A stretch of 64,000 nucleotides of DNA from Cycas panzhihuaensis (Eukaryota > Plantae > Cycadophyta). Below the pieces are notes generated by a model. The model made no database searches. It was given only the letters and a program-made list of their open reading frames with translations, and was not told the DNA's origin. The stretch spans positions 151,039,741 to 151,103,740 of the forward strand of contig CM041465.1 of NCBI GenBank assembly GCA_023213395.1, written 5' to 3'. This document shows, piece after piece, positions 14,101 to 28,899 of the stretch. The first letter of the stretch is position 1, and every line of letters begins with the position of its first letter. Position numbers and translations under genes: made by a program.

Positions 14101-16203
14101 TCAGGAAATCATCTATGAATAAGACAAAGTATTTACACCCACCTAATAAGGGTATATCAATAGGTCTAAAGACATCAGTATGCACTAATTGTAGAATACC
14201 CTTTACTCTCTTTAATCCTAAAGAAAATTTATCTCGATTCTATTTACCATACATACAATATTCACCAAAATTAAAATCAAAGGAGCCATTAATTCTAGAT
14301 ATGTCTTCTACTATATCTTTAGAGAATAAATCATGGAGGCCTTTCTCTCCATTATGGTCCAATCTCTGATGCCACGGTATAGTTTTATGAGCAAGTGATA
14401 TCTAAGTCTTACCTTCATTATTACTATATTCTGTAATAGCTAGACTACAACTGCTAACACACATTATGCTTACATCAAGCTTATATAGTATTCTAAAGTA
14501 GACCCCTCTTGCTAATACCAATGCTCCTCGAACCATTCTATAATTATTTTTATTGAAAACCACTTATATTCTTGCATCACTTGATTGACTGATAAACAAC
14601 AAACTCATAGCTAAATCAGGAATATGACTCATATCAGGGATAGTTTTAACACATCCATCCCTAAATCAAACATTTACCCTTCCATGACCCATAATTTTAT
14701 ATGGGTAGTAATCCCCAAGAAATACTTCACCTCCATCAATACTTGTATATTCACAAAGCCAATCCCTATGGGGAGTAACATGAAGCAAAGCACCAAATTC
14801 AATTAACTAAGACTCAACATTTGACAACTTACCTAAGGTTGCTAAATAAGCATTGCCATCAACTTCTTTAGAGTCTTTTACTACCATGGAAGAAGCATCT
14901 TCAGGTGATTTTCTCTTATTAACCTGGACTCGGCATTGGCTCTTCATATGGCTAGCCTTCCCACATCTCTAGAATACCAAGGGGCCTCTACCTGGAGATT
15001 TGGATTTTCCTCTAGATGTTGGCCATCTGTCTATAGGTATTTATTGGTTGCAATCTAATGTTTAACCTCTCACCACTAATGCTTCTTTTAAATAATCCTC
15101 AGAAGATTTTTGTTTTGTATCTTTTGACAGTAGAATAGCAACATCATCATCAAATTTTAAGGTGGGAGTAGTCATGTTGCTAATCTTCATCATAAGATTA
15201 TCCCAAGAATTAAGAAGCAAATATAACAAGGTAATACACTTGTCTTCTTCAAACATTTTTATCCCAACTAAAACAAGCTAGATCACCATAGTGTTAAATG
15301 CAATAAGATAATCTATAACTACATCTCTATCACTCATTCTAAGTGAATATAGTTTTTTCTAAAGAAATAGTTTATTAACAAAGGACTTTGTCTGATACAA
15401 ATCCTCTAGCTTTCTCATGTCTAAAAATCATAACCTTATCAAATTAATTACTTTTTTATCAAGCTTCTTCCAATCTTCATCACCCATAGTCATAGGCTTT
15501 GTTTCTGCTACAATGATCTACTAATCCTTATCGATGAGGATATCTTCCATCTTTAGCTTCTACAACTCAAAGTTCCGACCATTAAACTATTCAATCTCTA
15601 TCTTTTTAGTGCTTACCATGATCTTCACACTCAAGTTCACTAAACAAGGCTCCCACTTACCAAATGGCTTCCCATAGAACTAAAACCCTTAACTCTAATA
15701 CTAAATGAAGAGAAAATATAACTGCAGAAGTAATGTAATAACAAAACTCTAAACCATGCAAAGAACAAATAGCATAAATAAACCAAGCACTCAATAAAGA
15801 ACACCAATAGATTTAGGTCTAAGCATAGACCTTTTATTAATTTAAGTAAAAACTAAATAATTATAGTGATCAATAAACCCTAACTCTTCCCATTGACTGA
15901 TCAAAGACTCATCTAATACCATATTACATGTGTCATTACATAAGAATATATAAACATAACATTACAAGATAATGCCTTACAGTTTTACAATACAATGAGC
16001 ATAAACCATGGGCTAACAAAGACCTACATAAGACACCTAAAATTTTTTCTTGGGGGCTCTTCCCTTGAACCCCTACTTAGGGGGTCACTAGACCCCTAGA
16101 CCCCCAGCTTGGGGCCCTACAATGGGCCCAGGACCCCACAAAGGAGCTCGAGTGTAATACTTATATCCATATAACACTTAAAAAGTATTCAACATATCTA
16201 ACA
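11142..16203 (-). mobile_element. Full-length degenerate Ty1/Copia element D (Tork/Tnt1-like), ~500-bp LTRs
   Basis: LTRs at 11142-11643 and 15706-16203; TSD GAGTA/AAGTG (ancestral GAGTG); decayed PBS ACTCTAATACTA at 15692-15703; PPT AAGTGGGAGAT (minus) at 11644-11654; domains in the order gag-PR-INT-RT-RH. Confidence 0.95.
11715..15619 (-). pseudogene. gag-pol: Copia D gag-pol polyprotein pseudogene
   Basis: Starts MVSTKKIEIE*FNGRNFEL*KLKMEDILIDKD. ORF-track fragments give RNase H (GFIDADY..DLNSRRSTSGYAFTLCGGVISWMSKK; CDSQS..SKHID). Many TAG/TAA/TGA stops. Confidence 0.93.
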
Positions 16204-19005
16204 AAGTGTATTTAGACATGCCTAAAGGTTATCATCCTATATATCTTAAGAGACATTATTTTAATAATAAGAGTAGTCAAGGTTGAGATTCTTATAGAAT
16301 ACTGATCTACTTTTAGGCAAGGTTCCACATGGTACTAATATTCCTATCCTTTAGATCAATAGCATCAATGTCCCTATTTAGATGAGGTGCAATGTCAAAC
16401 AACAATCACTCTTATAAGATTAATATATGTTCTATTAATAAAAGCTAATAGATAACTAAAGGTTGGCCTTTGTATCTAGTGTTAAAAAAGTTGATCTTGT
16501 TCATCCAAGGGTGTGCAAAGTTAAGCATACGATTTTTAGTATTGACCCTATAATTAAAGAATATTCTAATTCTAAAGATGAACCTGAACCTAGGAATGAG
16601 TCCCCTCCATGAATCTTACCCTCCTTACCTCCAAATTGAAGTCTCTTTACTAGCTATTTCTTTCATGTCTTGTACAGAGACACTTTAAGTTAAAGGTACT
16701 ACAAAACACCTATTTTAATATTGATCAATAGTGGTACATCATTAAATTTCATTAACATATCTATAACTCACAAAGTACATCCTTATATTATAGAAAAGAC
16801 TAGATTTAATTACTCCTTACTAGGTCATCAGACTTTATACTATATTGGAATAATTAAAAATCTATATGTTTAAATTGATACCTATGATTTCTATGTCTTA
16901 TCTATAGGATTCTTTAATGTTATTCTCAAGGTCTAATGAGTCCAAACTCTGAGAATGTATAATATGAATAAGTCACCTACTAATTCATTCATATTATTTA
17001 AGGATCATATGGGTCAAATGCATAAATTGTATAGCATTCAATCAATCCCCAATAGACTCCTCTCTCCAAATTAAATATATAAGTATTTAAAAAATAGTTA
17101 GTGTTAGTTATATTATTTGAATTAATAATATCTAAGCCTCCTCTATCATCCATACTAATCTTCAAAATATTTTCGCTAAGTACTAATCTATATTTGCCCT
17201 CCTTCTAGCCACTCCTCCCTTAGACCATAGTTTTCACCATTTAATTAAACTCAAAACACCCTATGACCCATCAACCTTTGACCCTACCAAAACTCTTATT
17301 CTTTTAAAAATAAAATATAAAAAATGACTAATGAATTAATTAATATAGGCATCATCCAACCTAATAAAGGCCAATATATTACACCTATTATCATAGTATA
17401 GAAAAAGGATGGGTCTTTTTGACTTTGTATCAACTATCACAAACTCAATAAAATCATAATTAAAAATAAGTTTTCAACACCTCGAATTGATGGAATGCTT
17501 TAACAAAATCCATGGGGGCACATATTTTCTAAGTTAGACCTTCAATCTAGTTATTATTAGATCTTCATTACCTTAGAGGATTGTCATAAGATCATTTTTG
17601 AATATATCACAAGCATTTTGAATTTTAGGTCATGCCTTTTAACCTCTATAATGCCCTCATTATATTCCAAGCTTTAATGAACAAAAGTTTTACTCTATAT
17701 CTCCATAAAATTTTCATTGTCTTTTCAATAACATTCTTATATATAGTCCAAACTTGTATAACCACCTCTAACATTTAGAAGCCATCCTCTAAATCCTCAC
17801 TTAATACTAATATTAGGGAAATCTTTCTAAATATAAATTTGGTAAGTTATAACTATAACATCTAGGGTATATTATCTCATTAGAAGGTGCCTATGTTCAT
17901 CTAAATAAAATCTCAATTATTACTACATGGCCCACACCTAGAAACCTTACATAGTTATAGTATTTCTAAGACTTATAAGATTTTACCATATGTTTGTTTG
18001 AAATTACAATACTCTTATGGCTCATTAATAAATTTACTCTAAAAAAATACATTTCAATGGTCTAAAGATGTAGATCATGCTTTCAATTATCTTAAATCTA
18101 ACATGACATCCACCCTAGTTCTTACTACCCCTAGCTTCTCTCAATCTTTCTAGTTAGAATGTGATGCTCTGAGATTTGGTATAGGTGTCATCCTCATGAA
18201 AAACTTTCATCTAATATCATTTGATAGTCATAAACTTAATGACCATAAATGACGCTTGTTGACATATCAAAAAGAGATGAGAGTTATTCTACATGTTATA
18301 AATAAGTGGCACTAGTATCTTTTAGGTTCTAAGTTTATTATTTTAATAAATGACCACATCCTTTATTACCTTCTTGATCAACTAATCTTATCTAAAGAAT
18401 AAGCTAAGTGGATTGGCCATATACAAGTGTTTTATTTCACTATCATATATAAAAAATAAAAAGAAAATATAGTTGTCGATGTACTCTCCTACCTCCTCAC
18501 AGAGCCTTCTACTAAAAAACCTATTATTTATGTAATATCCAAGCCACAACCATTATAGTTAACAAATCTAGTAATTGAAAACTAATCTCAATTATGTTTT
18601 AGGTAATGGGCCTCCAAAATTCATAGTTATAAAGATTGGTCCATATACAACACTTACCTCTTATACCAAAATCACATTTTTATTACCTTATGTCATCTTT
18701 CATCCTATATATTTTATTTGAATATCACTCCTCTCCTCTCAGTGATCACTAGAAGTTTAATAAAATATATTGCTATATCTAATCTAATTTTTTCTAGCCC
18801 CATACAAAATCCTATATCCTTATGTTTATTTTAGAATGTGATACTTAGCAAAGGAATAAAATTAATACAAATGTTCAACTAGGCCTCCTCCAACCCCTAT
18901 ATATCTATTAAGGCAAATGGAAAGATATTGTTATGGATTTCATCATGGATTTACCATTATCTATAACTTTTAACTCACTTTTACTAGTCATTTATAAACT
19001 CAATT

Positions 19006-19006
19006 A

Positions 19007-19073
<67 letters not shown>
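19006..19073. repeat. (TG)n(TA)n microsatellite expanded inside the integrase of E
   Basis: Sits at the position of the 'KYAHF' motif; integrase homology resumes right after it. Confidence 0.9.
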
Positions 19074-19074
<1 letters not shown>

Positions 19075-19448
19075 TTCTTACAAAGAAATCTACCTTATCA
19101 ATCTCTATATTTAATCTATTTTTCAACTCTATGGATTTCCTAGAATAACATTTTACAATTGAGATCCTAAATTTACTAGTACATTTGGGCAAGAACCCTT
19201 ATATACTTTTGTGACTTTATTCAATATGAGTTCATCTTACCATCCATAAACCAATGGCTAATATAAAGTTCTAATAAGATACTAGAGACATACTTATGAT
19301 GCCTCACTTTTAAGCACTAACACAAATAGACCTCATGGCTAGCTTTTGTAAAATATTAGTATAACTCATCCCATCACTCAATTATTGGCATATCCCTATT
19401 TATGGCCCTCTATGGATACCCACTTCTATCTTATCATACTCTCATAGC

Positions 19449-22400
19449 TATTAGAATTCATAATTGCACTCTGATGTTATATTAGAAATCTAGAGTATAA
19501 TATAGTAGAAATATAATATGTATATATGATAACTAAATTATCTCATGAGTTGTATATATATATAATGGATAAACATAAATGTAAAGTGTTAAATAGAGAA
19601 AGCATAGATCAATAAGTATCAAGAGAATTCACCATAAGAGAGATAATACATTTATACATGAAAAACCTAGTGTGGGAAAAACTATAAGAGAAGGTGGAGT
19701 TGGGAGCTTCTCTTTATAATCAAAATTAGTACATCTCCTTTCTCTCAAGCTCTTGAGTGATTCGTGTATATAGTTATATCAATATTCACCTCATGAGTAG
19801 TCTATTATGTCTCTTAAGTTGTTATATTATCTAATAACATAATTATATAGACATATGTGCATCTCACATATCTCAATTTATCTGAATTGTGGGATAGTAT
19901 ATGTGTCCATCTACAATAATATTAAACCTTACATATGTGATTAAATCATATATTCCAATATTTCCCATTAATATTTAATATCTTTATATCTTCATCTTCA
20001 TTTATTTAACTATTCATCCCTTAGTCTTCAACTTATGTGTTGGATTCTATATACCTATATCATATCTATATCTATATCATTACATGTAACTTATAAATTT
20101 ATCATCTTATCCATCATCTATAAATTTGGCATCTATTATGCTTGTCTTCTATAAGCATTAACCTATATACCTATACTTATCAACTTGTATATAGTTATTT
20201 ATTTACCTTAATAACTAATTATGAATAACCAACCTGTGGATATCAACCATCATTCTTCATCATTAATATTAACCAATATATGAAGTATTTTCCTAAACAT
20301 ATTTATATCTTTACCTATAAAGTTACTTTAATTAAACTTCTATCAACCAATCATCAAATCAACAAATAAACAAATAGATTTCTAAGACCATATAGGATAA
20401 TAACCATCTATCAAAATTTATAGATAACTAGCCTTTGTATTTGATAGTTCTCTAAGTATTTACTTTAGATATATGGTTCATCAGCTTTTAAATTACTTGT
20501 TACAAGAGTAGCATAGTCTCACCTCTTGTGTATAAGTTGGAATAACACAATCAAGGGTGTTGTGTAAAAGTAGCTTATAAAACCTTTACTTGCCTTTTAT
20601 AAATAAATTTATTTTGTGTGCTTTCTCATTTGTATACTTCAATAGCTTTCTTTTTACATCCATTTAATAACATTATCAAATAACAATAAAAAAAATAACT
20701 AACTCCAAGAATAAGCCAAAGTACTTAGCCAAGATATGTTAGATATAACAAGGTAGTATAAATATGTATTTTTATGCCTCTTGACATACATGATTAGTTA
20801 GATTTCTCACTAACAAGCACTTTTCATCATCTTTTAGTTAGACAACCTTAATAATTAATTATTAGCTAGAGAACATTAACAACTAATGTAGTATGCTAAT
20901 TAAACAATCATATGAGACTTTTCCATATCTCATTAACATATAGCATTCTCTTAATATCCTTATCTCTCCAACATTAAATTAACTAGGCTCTTATTCAAAT
21001 ATCAGGTGGTATCACAATTTATCAAATAGATGTAATTATCATTCATTTGTCATCAATCAATCAAGTGATGTATTCATTCAATTAGTATTGTGTATTTCAC
21101 TAAATCAAATATAATATTCCAAGGGGAATTTTGCAAATCCAACATATCAATAAATTTGTAAATTTATATCTCATTAAATATCTCTTACTTCATGTATTTT
21201 TCATCTATTATGAGCCTTCAAATGATATTAATGAGATTTAAATTACTCTATTTTAAATAAAACCTTATTTTTATTTCTTTATCTTTCAAAAATAATTTTA
21301 CCATCATATCCAAAGACTTTAAAAACATTAGAATGTACTGAATTTTTTTTGAAAAATATTATAAAATTCATCTTTTATGAGGTTAAGAGTATTTTAATTA
21401 AATTTACGCTTTAATAACTCTATCATCTATTGTCTAAAATATGCATTACGACTACTTATTTTGGCTATCTTGAAGTTCTCTTTCCAATGCAACTTATAAC
21501 ACCTAATTCCAATATTCCCATGAGAAGTTATGGTCAAAAATATATCAGTGTATTATGAAAAAATGTGTGATCCTTTAGAAATAGATGGTAGATTCTAAAG
21601 ATTATTCTAATTTAATATATAATTTTTTATTTTACAAAAAATATCTAATCTAATCTAATTAGATTTGGAGTATGTCCCCTTTGTGACTTAGACCCCAATC
21701 ATATGTGTGCTCCATGTGACCACCAACTGATACACTTAAGGGTTGAACCAAATTTTAAAATTTTATCAAATCAAATTAAATCTAAAAATCAACTTCTAAA
21801 TTTTCTTATCATTTCAAAAAAATAAAATGCTTATAAATTTTTCTATATATATTAAAATTCATCTATAATTACGTGTGATAGAGTTTTGTGGCATCCATTT
21901 CTTTATGCTTCATTTCCATCTAGTGATTTCTAAGGGCATGGTCTTGAGGATAAGCAAGGGTGATTACTACACAAGTGTGTCATATTAGTCAGATGGACTA
22001 TTCCGTGAGCCTATTATATTGATCTCCATTCATTTAGGTGGTCCATTAAGGGGTGACTTCTCTGATGGAATTTATGTGTTCATATTCTTTATGATCTACA
22101 TTTTATAATTCTCCTTTAGGTAAATAGTTATTGTTACATCTATGGAGGAAGCATAGAGGAGGAGGAGGAAGCCATTCCCTCTCTATGCCTTTTTAGAAGA
22201 TTCTCCTCTCTTTCTTAATTTCTATAAATCACCAATTTGGTTGGGGAAAAGGTAGGTAGTCATTGAAGTAGCATCTAGAGAGGAAAACATATCATGAAGA
22301 GTATTTATACAAGGTTTTCATTATAGTATATCTCAATCCTCTAAGCTTTGAATCTACATTGCTTAATCTATAAACTTTAGGCCTTCTTCCACTATTGCAA

Positions 22401-23936
22401 AAAGGCCACCTTCCATTGCATATTCTTTAACCCAACCAAAAGTATATGTAATTAAGAAATTTTCTAATGACATGGAGAGGCTTCAATATATAAACACCAT
22501 CAAGAAATCATTTGTTAGTGCATAGGTCTTCATGACAGGCCCATAGTCTTGACCAACCTCATAATTACCAATAAGAGAATTAGTACTAAATAATTGTCAC
22601 TATATATACACAATCTATCAAATAATATTATGTTTAAACCCTAATAAAAATTTGTCCACTAATAATAAATGATTGTCACCTTGTTATTATCATACCCACA
22701 ATAATAATTCCTTCATAAATGTTTCATACCACCATTTAATAATGCATCCTTTATCGCATATTATATCATCATATTAAAGCCTTATGAACATGTGCCACAT
22801 ATCTTTCTATTTATTATTTAAATACTTGTCAAACTTTTATTTTTTATACCTAGCACTTGTCAACATGTTGTTTCATCATACTATATAGGCCTATTGTCTA
22901 TTTGGAATTTGACTAATGGGATACTAGCTTCATTCTGGTAGTGAATCTCTATTGTGAAATGCTCATAAAGGCCTCCAAAATGTTTCATAAGTGATAGTGA
23001 ATTGTCAACATGACACTTGAAAATGCCTTCACTAATGAATGATGTACTTCATTGATGTATTACTTTTATAGAGTAATTAATCATACCAAAGCAATATGTT
23101 GTGGATAAACTTCAAATGCACCTATAAATTCATGAATATATGCATACAACATGTATTATAATATTCATAATAAATTAATATATTAACACATAAATAGTGT
23201 CTATCTCATCTCATGTATGTAGCTTTGTATGTGGATTTATCACTACTACATTCATCATCTTTATCTTACCCCTAGATCTTGGTCATATATCATTGGAATA
23301 ACTACCATAATTAGACATTTGGCTCATCATATTCACCTCATAACTGGCTCTCATACTAACTCATGTACTAGCTCTTTTATTGGCACATCACTAACTCATC
23401 AATCAACTCTATAGGATTTCTTCATATTGCACAATATCTCTCTACTAACCATAGCTCTGATATCATGTTAGAATTTATAATTACACTATAATATTATATT
23501 ATAAATGTAGAGTATAACATAATGGAAATATAATATGATTGAATTATCTCATGAGTTATGTACACATATAATAAATAAACATGAATGTAAAATATTAAAT
23601 AGATAAAACATGCATCAATAAGTATTAAGAGCATTCACCATAAGAGAGACAATAGATTTATATGTAGAAAAATCCAATGTGGGAAAAATCATAGGAGAAG
23701 GTAGAGTTGGAAGCTCCTCTTTATGATTAGAATTAGTACATATCCTTTCTTTCAAGTTTTCAAGTGATGTGTGTGTGTGTATTTATATCAATATTCATTA
23801 CATCATCCAATAGCATAATTACATGGATATATGTACATTTCACCTATCTCAATATATGTGAATAGTGGGGCAGTGTATGTATCTATCTATAATAATAGTA
23901 AACATTACATATGTGATTAAATCATATATTCTAATA
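19449..23936 (-). mobile_element. Non-autonomous LTR element F (4.5 kb, ~470-510-bp LTRs)
   Basis: LTRs at 19449-19960 and 23466-23936; PBS GCTCTGATATCA at 23454-23465; decayed PPT at 19961-19969; TSD ATAGC/GTAAC (ancestral GTAGC); LTR and internal similarity to C. Confidence 0.9.
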
Positions 23937-26900
23937 GTAACTAATCTCTAAACTATTGTAGTTGAACTCAAGCTTTAGGATATAAGTTAAATTATTCACA
24001 CAGTTAAATAAAACCTTATAATAGCTAAAAACTACACGAAATAACTCATTGATTACCATTGTTCTAATTAATCTTTTTCCATAGGTGACTTAGTTACTCT
24101 TCACCTCTAACCACATAAGTAGTAGTCCCTCAAATACGACAAAATTTAAAAGTTGAGTCCATGTTATTATGGCCCATATAAAGTACTTCAATAGATTGGT
24201 GATGTTGCCTATGCACTTAAACTTCCCCCAACATAAAAATTCATAATATTTTTCATCTTTACTGCCTTAAGAAACACCTCAGTAAAGATAATATTCCTTA
24301 ATCTATCATAGTAGTTCTTAATGAAGAGTAATGTTTCACTATATTACCTAAATGTGTTTTAGCTAGCCAACAATGCCACCTTTAGAACATAACCATTTTT
24401 AAGTACTTAATGTAGTGGGTCAGTTGTAAGCCTAATGAAGCAACCTAGCTTCATAAACTTACCATCTTAGGGGAGGGAACCTATTACATGACAATCCACT
24501 ATAAGCAGAACTAGTTAGCTAGCACATGCAAGAAGAGACCTTAGTGGTTTATGTTATCTATTAACTTTTATGTGTAAGCTACTTATGTCTAATAATAGAA
24601 TTAGAGGTCATTTATCCTACCAATAATGATTTGATGTAAGAGGTCTCTCTTATTTATTTAAAGCCAATCCATTATAAAATAAGGGTTGTATATTATTTTT
24701 TTCTTAAGAAATTGTATGTTGATATCTTTTTAGTTCTCTTTGAGTGATTATTATTTCCATTTGTGTGATCCTCCTTATGTAATTAAATACTATTCTATTA
24801 AAAAAAAGTATTACAATTATTTCTTAACTATTATTATTATATCTTTGAGCTTGAAGATAATCTAGTGTGTGGTAGAATATTGGGATAATCATGGCCTAAT
24901 CCTAAAAAGAAGAATTACAATAAGTATTTGGTACAGTGGAAGGGATTACAATAGGGGACCATACATAGATTCCAAAAGAGGAGCTAAAACATTTAGACTA
25001 TATAAAGTTGAAGGAATTTTACAAACTCAACTCATTCAACCCAAGGAGAATGAAGCAAGAGCATCTATATTCCTAGTATCAAAAATTCACTTGTACTAAA
25101 ATTTATGTATCTCCTTTATTACTAGTCTACTTTTAACAAATGATTATTTAAAATCAAATTTAGGCCAAAATCTATAAGTTTTAGTACAAACCAACTATAT
25201 AAAGATGTTAAAGGCATATCTATATAGAGATTCCAAAGTCATATCTATATAGCCATCACCAAGAAAGGATTATTTAGGGCCTCAAATTGTAAAAGTCTAA
25301 AAGAAGGGCAAGATATGCTTTTTCAAATGTGAAGAATTATTTATGTTTAGGAAAATGTAATAAGGAGATTAATGTTTCTATGGGGCTCATAATATATTTA
25401 ACTACCCATAGGATAATTTTTGAGCAAATTAGAGATCTTTTAGAAAATTTATTAAAAATAATAATAGTTAGGAATTTGCCAAAAATAGAAAATTTTTAAA
25501 TTGGGAGTTTTTTCACTCCAAATCAGTTGCCTCATTTTAGGAGATGGTAATTAAGAATTTTGAATGGATATAGGTCTCAAATTTATATAGTTTTGGATTA
25601 CAAGAAAAGAATTTTTTTCCTAATATTAGAAGGAAAAGATTAAAAAAAATCTATCAAAGGCATTCCAATGAATATTAGCTTTATTTTTCACTCTAGATTT
25701 CTTAGATTTTTTTATAAAATTCCATCAAAGGTATTTTAGTGAATATTGAATTTATTTTTCACTCTATATTTCTTAGATTCTTTTGTATACATTATTGTTA
25801 TTGAAGGAACCTCCAACTTATCACCTTTCCTACTAAGTTTTCCCTAATAGTATTGCAATCTTATGCTTTGTAGATTAGTATACAAGCCTAAAAAGTCTAT
25901 ATTGAGCTCACCCATCTCCTAAAATTAATAGATCATTATGGAGCAATGTGTTACACCATGTTCATAATTATACCTAAGGAGGATAGCTTAAGATAGTTAG
26001 AACTTCACAAGAGTTACTCTAGGAGTATAAGTAGATCTAAGTATAGCCACCCTATTCTACCTTAATAGTAGCAATGCTCTACCTCCCATATACTAATTTA
26101 AAAGCTAATAAATAATGCATCACTAAAGTATTTATCCATATAAACATCAAACCATCCACCTACAAATGGCATAATCTAAGAGAAGACCTCCTTGACAAAG
26201 GGAATGGTGGTTGAGGTAACAACTATACTCCCCCTATTAATGAATAAGAATAAGTGATTAGACTATTACCTATAGGGTTGGAGATAAAGAAAAACTAATT
26301 TATTAATTAAAAATAAGCAATTGGATTAGTGGCAATCAGTGAGTTATTTCCTATGGTTATTGGCAAAATCTAGATTCTACTTAAGGCTGTGGAGTATTTA
26401 GTCTATATCTTGAAGTTTTCTTAGGCTATAGTTGTATATGGGTTTGTAGCTGGGTATGGTGGGATCATGGTTGATAACCATAGAGGGCCATGAATGGGGA
26501 CATATTGAAAATAGAGTTATAAAATCAGTTATTCTATAAGGGTAAACTAAGAGGTCCATTTACTTTAGTATTCTAAGATAAAACAACATAAGTATGGTTT
26601 TGATATTTTATTAAGGACTTCAAATTGATCATCAGTTAACGAGAGATAAGATGAACTTATTTTGAACGAAATTCCTAAAGCTTGAAATAATTCCTTCCAA
26701 AATAAGCTAGTAAACTTAGGATCTCAATTATAAATTATTATTAAGGGGAATACATGTAGATAGAAATTGGACTAGATGTATAGGCAAGTAAGGTAAGATG
26801 CCTTCTAAGAAGTGTGAATAGGTAAGAAGTGGGCATACTTGGTTAGCTTGTCAATGATTACTAAGATGGAGTCAAATTTGGTGGATGATAATAGGCTAGT

Positions 26901-27891
26901 GATGAAGTCTATTACAATGTATTTACATTTGCCTTAGGGAATATGCAAAGGTTAGAGAAGTATTAGTTGAGCCTTAATGCCTATTTTATTTCTTTGACAC
27001 GTGTCACACTAATAAATAAAATTAAGGATATATAATTTTATATATGACTAGTAAAAAACAATATGAATGTATTGATATATTTTATTAAAACATGAATGTG
27101 TTATAATCCTAATTAATAATTAATTATCATTTAATATTTGAAAGGATATAAAGGCCACAAACTTTTAAATGGACACTATACCACCTATAAAAATAGGAAA
27201 ATCATTATAACAAAACATCATTTATTTTTAATCAATAAAACCTATTTGTCTTTTGACTATTACTCTCTCAAGCTTACTTGTGTGCTCTCATGTACTCTTG
27301 AATTTAACAATTGTCCTCAAGTTATGACCTTGGTTTATAATAAGTGGTATTAGAATGACTTTTATATCTTATGGAAATTATTCTAATTACTCAATAGGGT
27401 GAGTTTAGAAATCCAATGTTGAAACTAATAGAACATAACCATAATGTATCCATACTAGAAAGCCAATACCCCTATCTATAAGTCAAAACAAAGAATCAGT
27501 ATATTTAAACATCTATAGATATCTATAGGAAGATATAATTATGCATATTAGTCATGATTAAGAGAAGCATTTAGTAGAGAATCTAGCTAACAACCTAAAT
27601 ATCCTACACTTAGAATAGTATAAAGATATATATTTAAGGGCAACTTCAATATCCCAAATATTCTACACTAGGTATTAGATGAGAAGGTAGGCTGGGGCAT
27701 ATTCTCTAAAGTAGAGTGATAAATTTGTGATGTCTATGGAGTGTTGTCTATAAGGCATAAGCAAGGCATATTATACATTCATTCATTCTATAAACTGGAG
27801 TGTTAAACCCTACACACATAATGTCATCTATTTGAGTTCACAAGCATGTTATCTATGTATTTATGTAAGGGATAAATGTTTGACTAGTATA

Positions 27892-28035
27892 TCAACTGTA
27901 TGTTAAGGTGAGAGAGGATTTTAGAACACTTAATAATATAGAATCACCCTTAGATACAAATATACAGAGAGGATTACAAGGTGCCTGAGAATACAAAATT
28001 GCCCTTATACACAGGATATATCAAGTGTAGGCTAG
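27892..28035 (+). mobile_element. Short non-autonomous Helitron-like element (left arm of the inverted pair)
   Basis: A|TC at 27891-27893 through a subterminal imperfect hairpin to CTAG|T at 28032-28036; no TSD. Confidence 0.5.
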
Positions 28036-28079
28036 TTATGTATATAGATAGATAGATAGATAGATATAGATATATATAA

Positions 28080-28228
28080 CTAGCCTACACTTGATATATC
28101 CTGCGTATAAGGGTAATTTTGTATTCTTAGGCACCATGCATTCCTCTCTGTATATTTGTGTTTAAGGGTGATTCTATTTTATTAATTGTCCTGTAATCCT
28201 CTTTCTCTTTCTCTCTCTCTATATATAG

Positions 28229-28229
<1 letters not shown>
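28080..28229 (-). mobile_element. Short non-autonomous Helitron-like element (right arm of the inverted pair)
   Basis: Minus strand reads A|TCTATATATAGAGAG...ACGCAGGATATATCAAGTGT-AGG-CTAG|T and is the reverse complement of the left arm over about 130 bp. Confidence 0.55.

Positions 28230-28298
<69 letters not shown>
28207..28298. repeat. (CT)n(TA)n(GA)n compound microsatellite
   Basis: Direct reading of the sequence. Confidence 0.95.
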
Positions 28299-28303
<5 letters not shown>

Positions 28304-28899
28304 ATCTTCTAATATATCAAATGCATTTAGAAGAGCACACTCAAATATATTAAGTATAAGGGAGACTTATATATAATCTTAAAGAGAAATGTAACTATAC
28401 ATTTACATAAGCCATAGTATAGTACACCCTTTAAATAGATAGAAATCACATAAATCTAAAGTAGAGTTAGCTCTTTAAATTAGGTAATTGAAGTATTCAT
28501 TCCTCTTTAAATGAGTACACATTAAGGGAAGTCAAGTAATAATCAAATAAAATATATATTGACTAACAGGCTAGGAAACATTATGATTTGACATTATTTT
28601 ATATCTCCTGGATAACATAGTGGAGTCAAGTAAAAAGTCTATGAGTATGATAGTTTCTAGTTACAAAAGAAAACTAGTGGAATTGTACTTATATCATTTG
28701 AAAAATAATGAATACTAAATAAATGGTTGAAATTTTAATCCAAAAATATATATTTAAACCTATTTCCCAAGCAGTTCATGTGGCAGTTCAAACATCAAAT
28801 ACACTTTTAAACCACATTTTACATCAGATTCTAAATAAATTAGTAATAATAGCAACAGGTAGAAAAAATGATGTAATTATGCCTAACTTGAAAGATGAA

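Larger units (their letters stand above)
10850..24815 (+). mobile_element. Degenerate Ty3/Gypsy chromovirus E, 5'-truncated, interrupted by D, F and a microsatellite
   Basis: Protease LI(N)SGTSLNFI at about 16720; RT KKDGSF*LCINY..LN at about 17400; RNase H LECDA..FGIG at about 18155; integrase at about 18700-19448 and 23937-24280 (YGPY); chromodomain KYLM*WV..PNEAT* at about 24400-24448; PPT AGGGGAGGGAA at 24469-24479. The 3' LTR starts at 24482 and its end is approximate. Confidence 0.85.

Noticed and set aside
19006-19073. Second case of a microsatellite replacing coding sequence
   Set aside because: Integrase homology resumes with only a few codons missing, so simple expansion from a decayed seed explains it.
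24869-25099. Possible host exon (76-aa ORF) in unassigned DNA at 24830-26220
   Set aside because: It has no motif or splice support, and the region looks like decayed TE-internal sequence.
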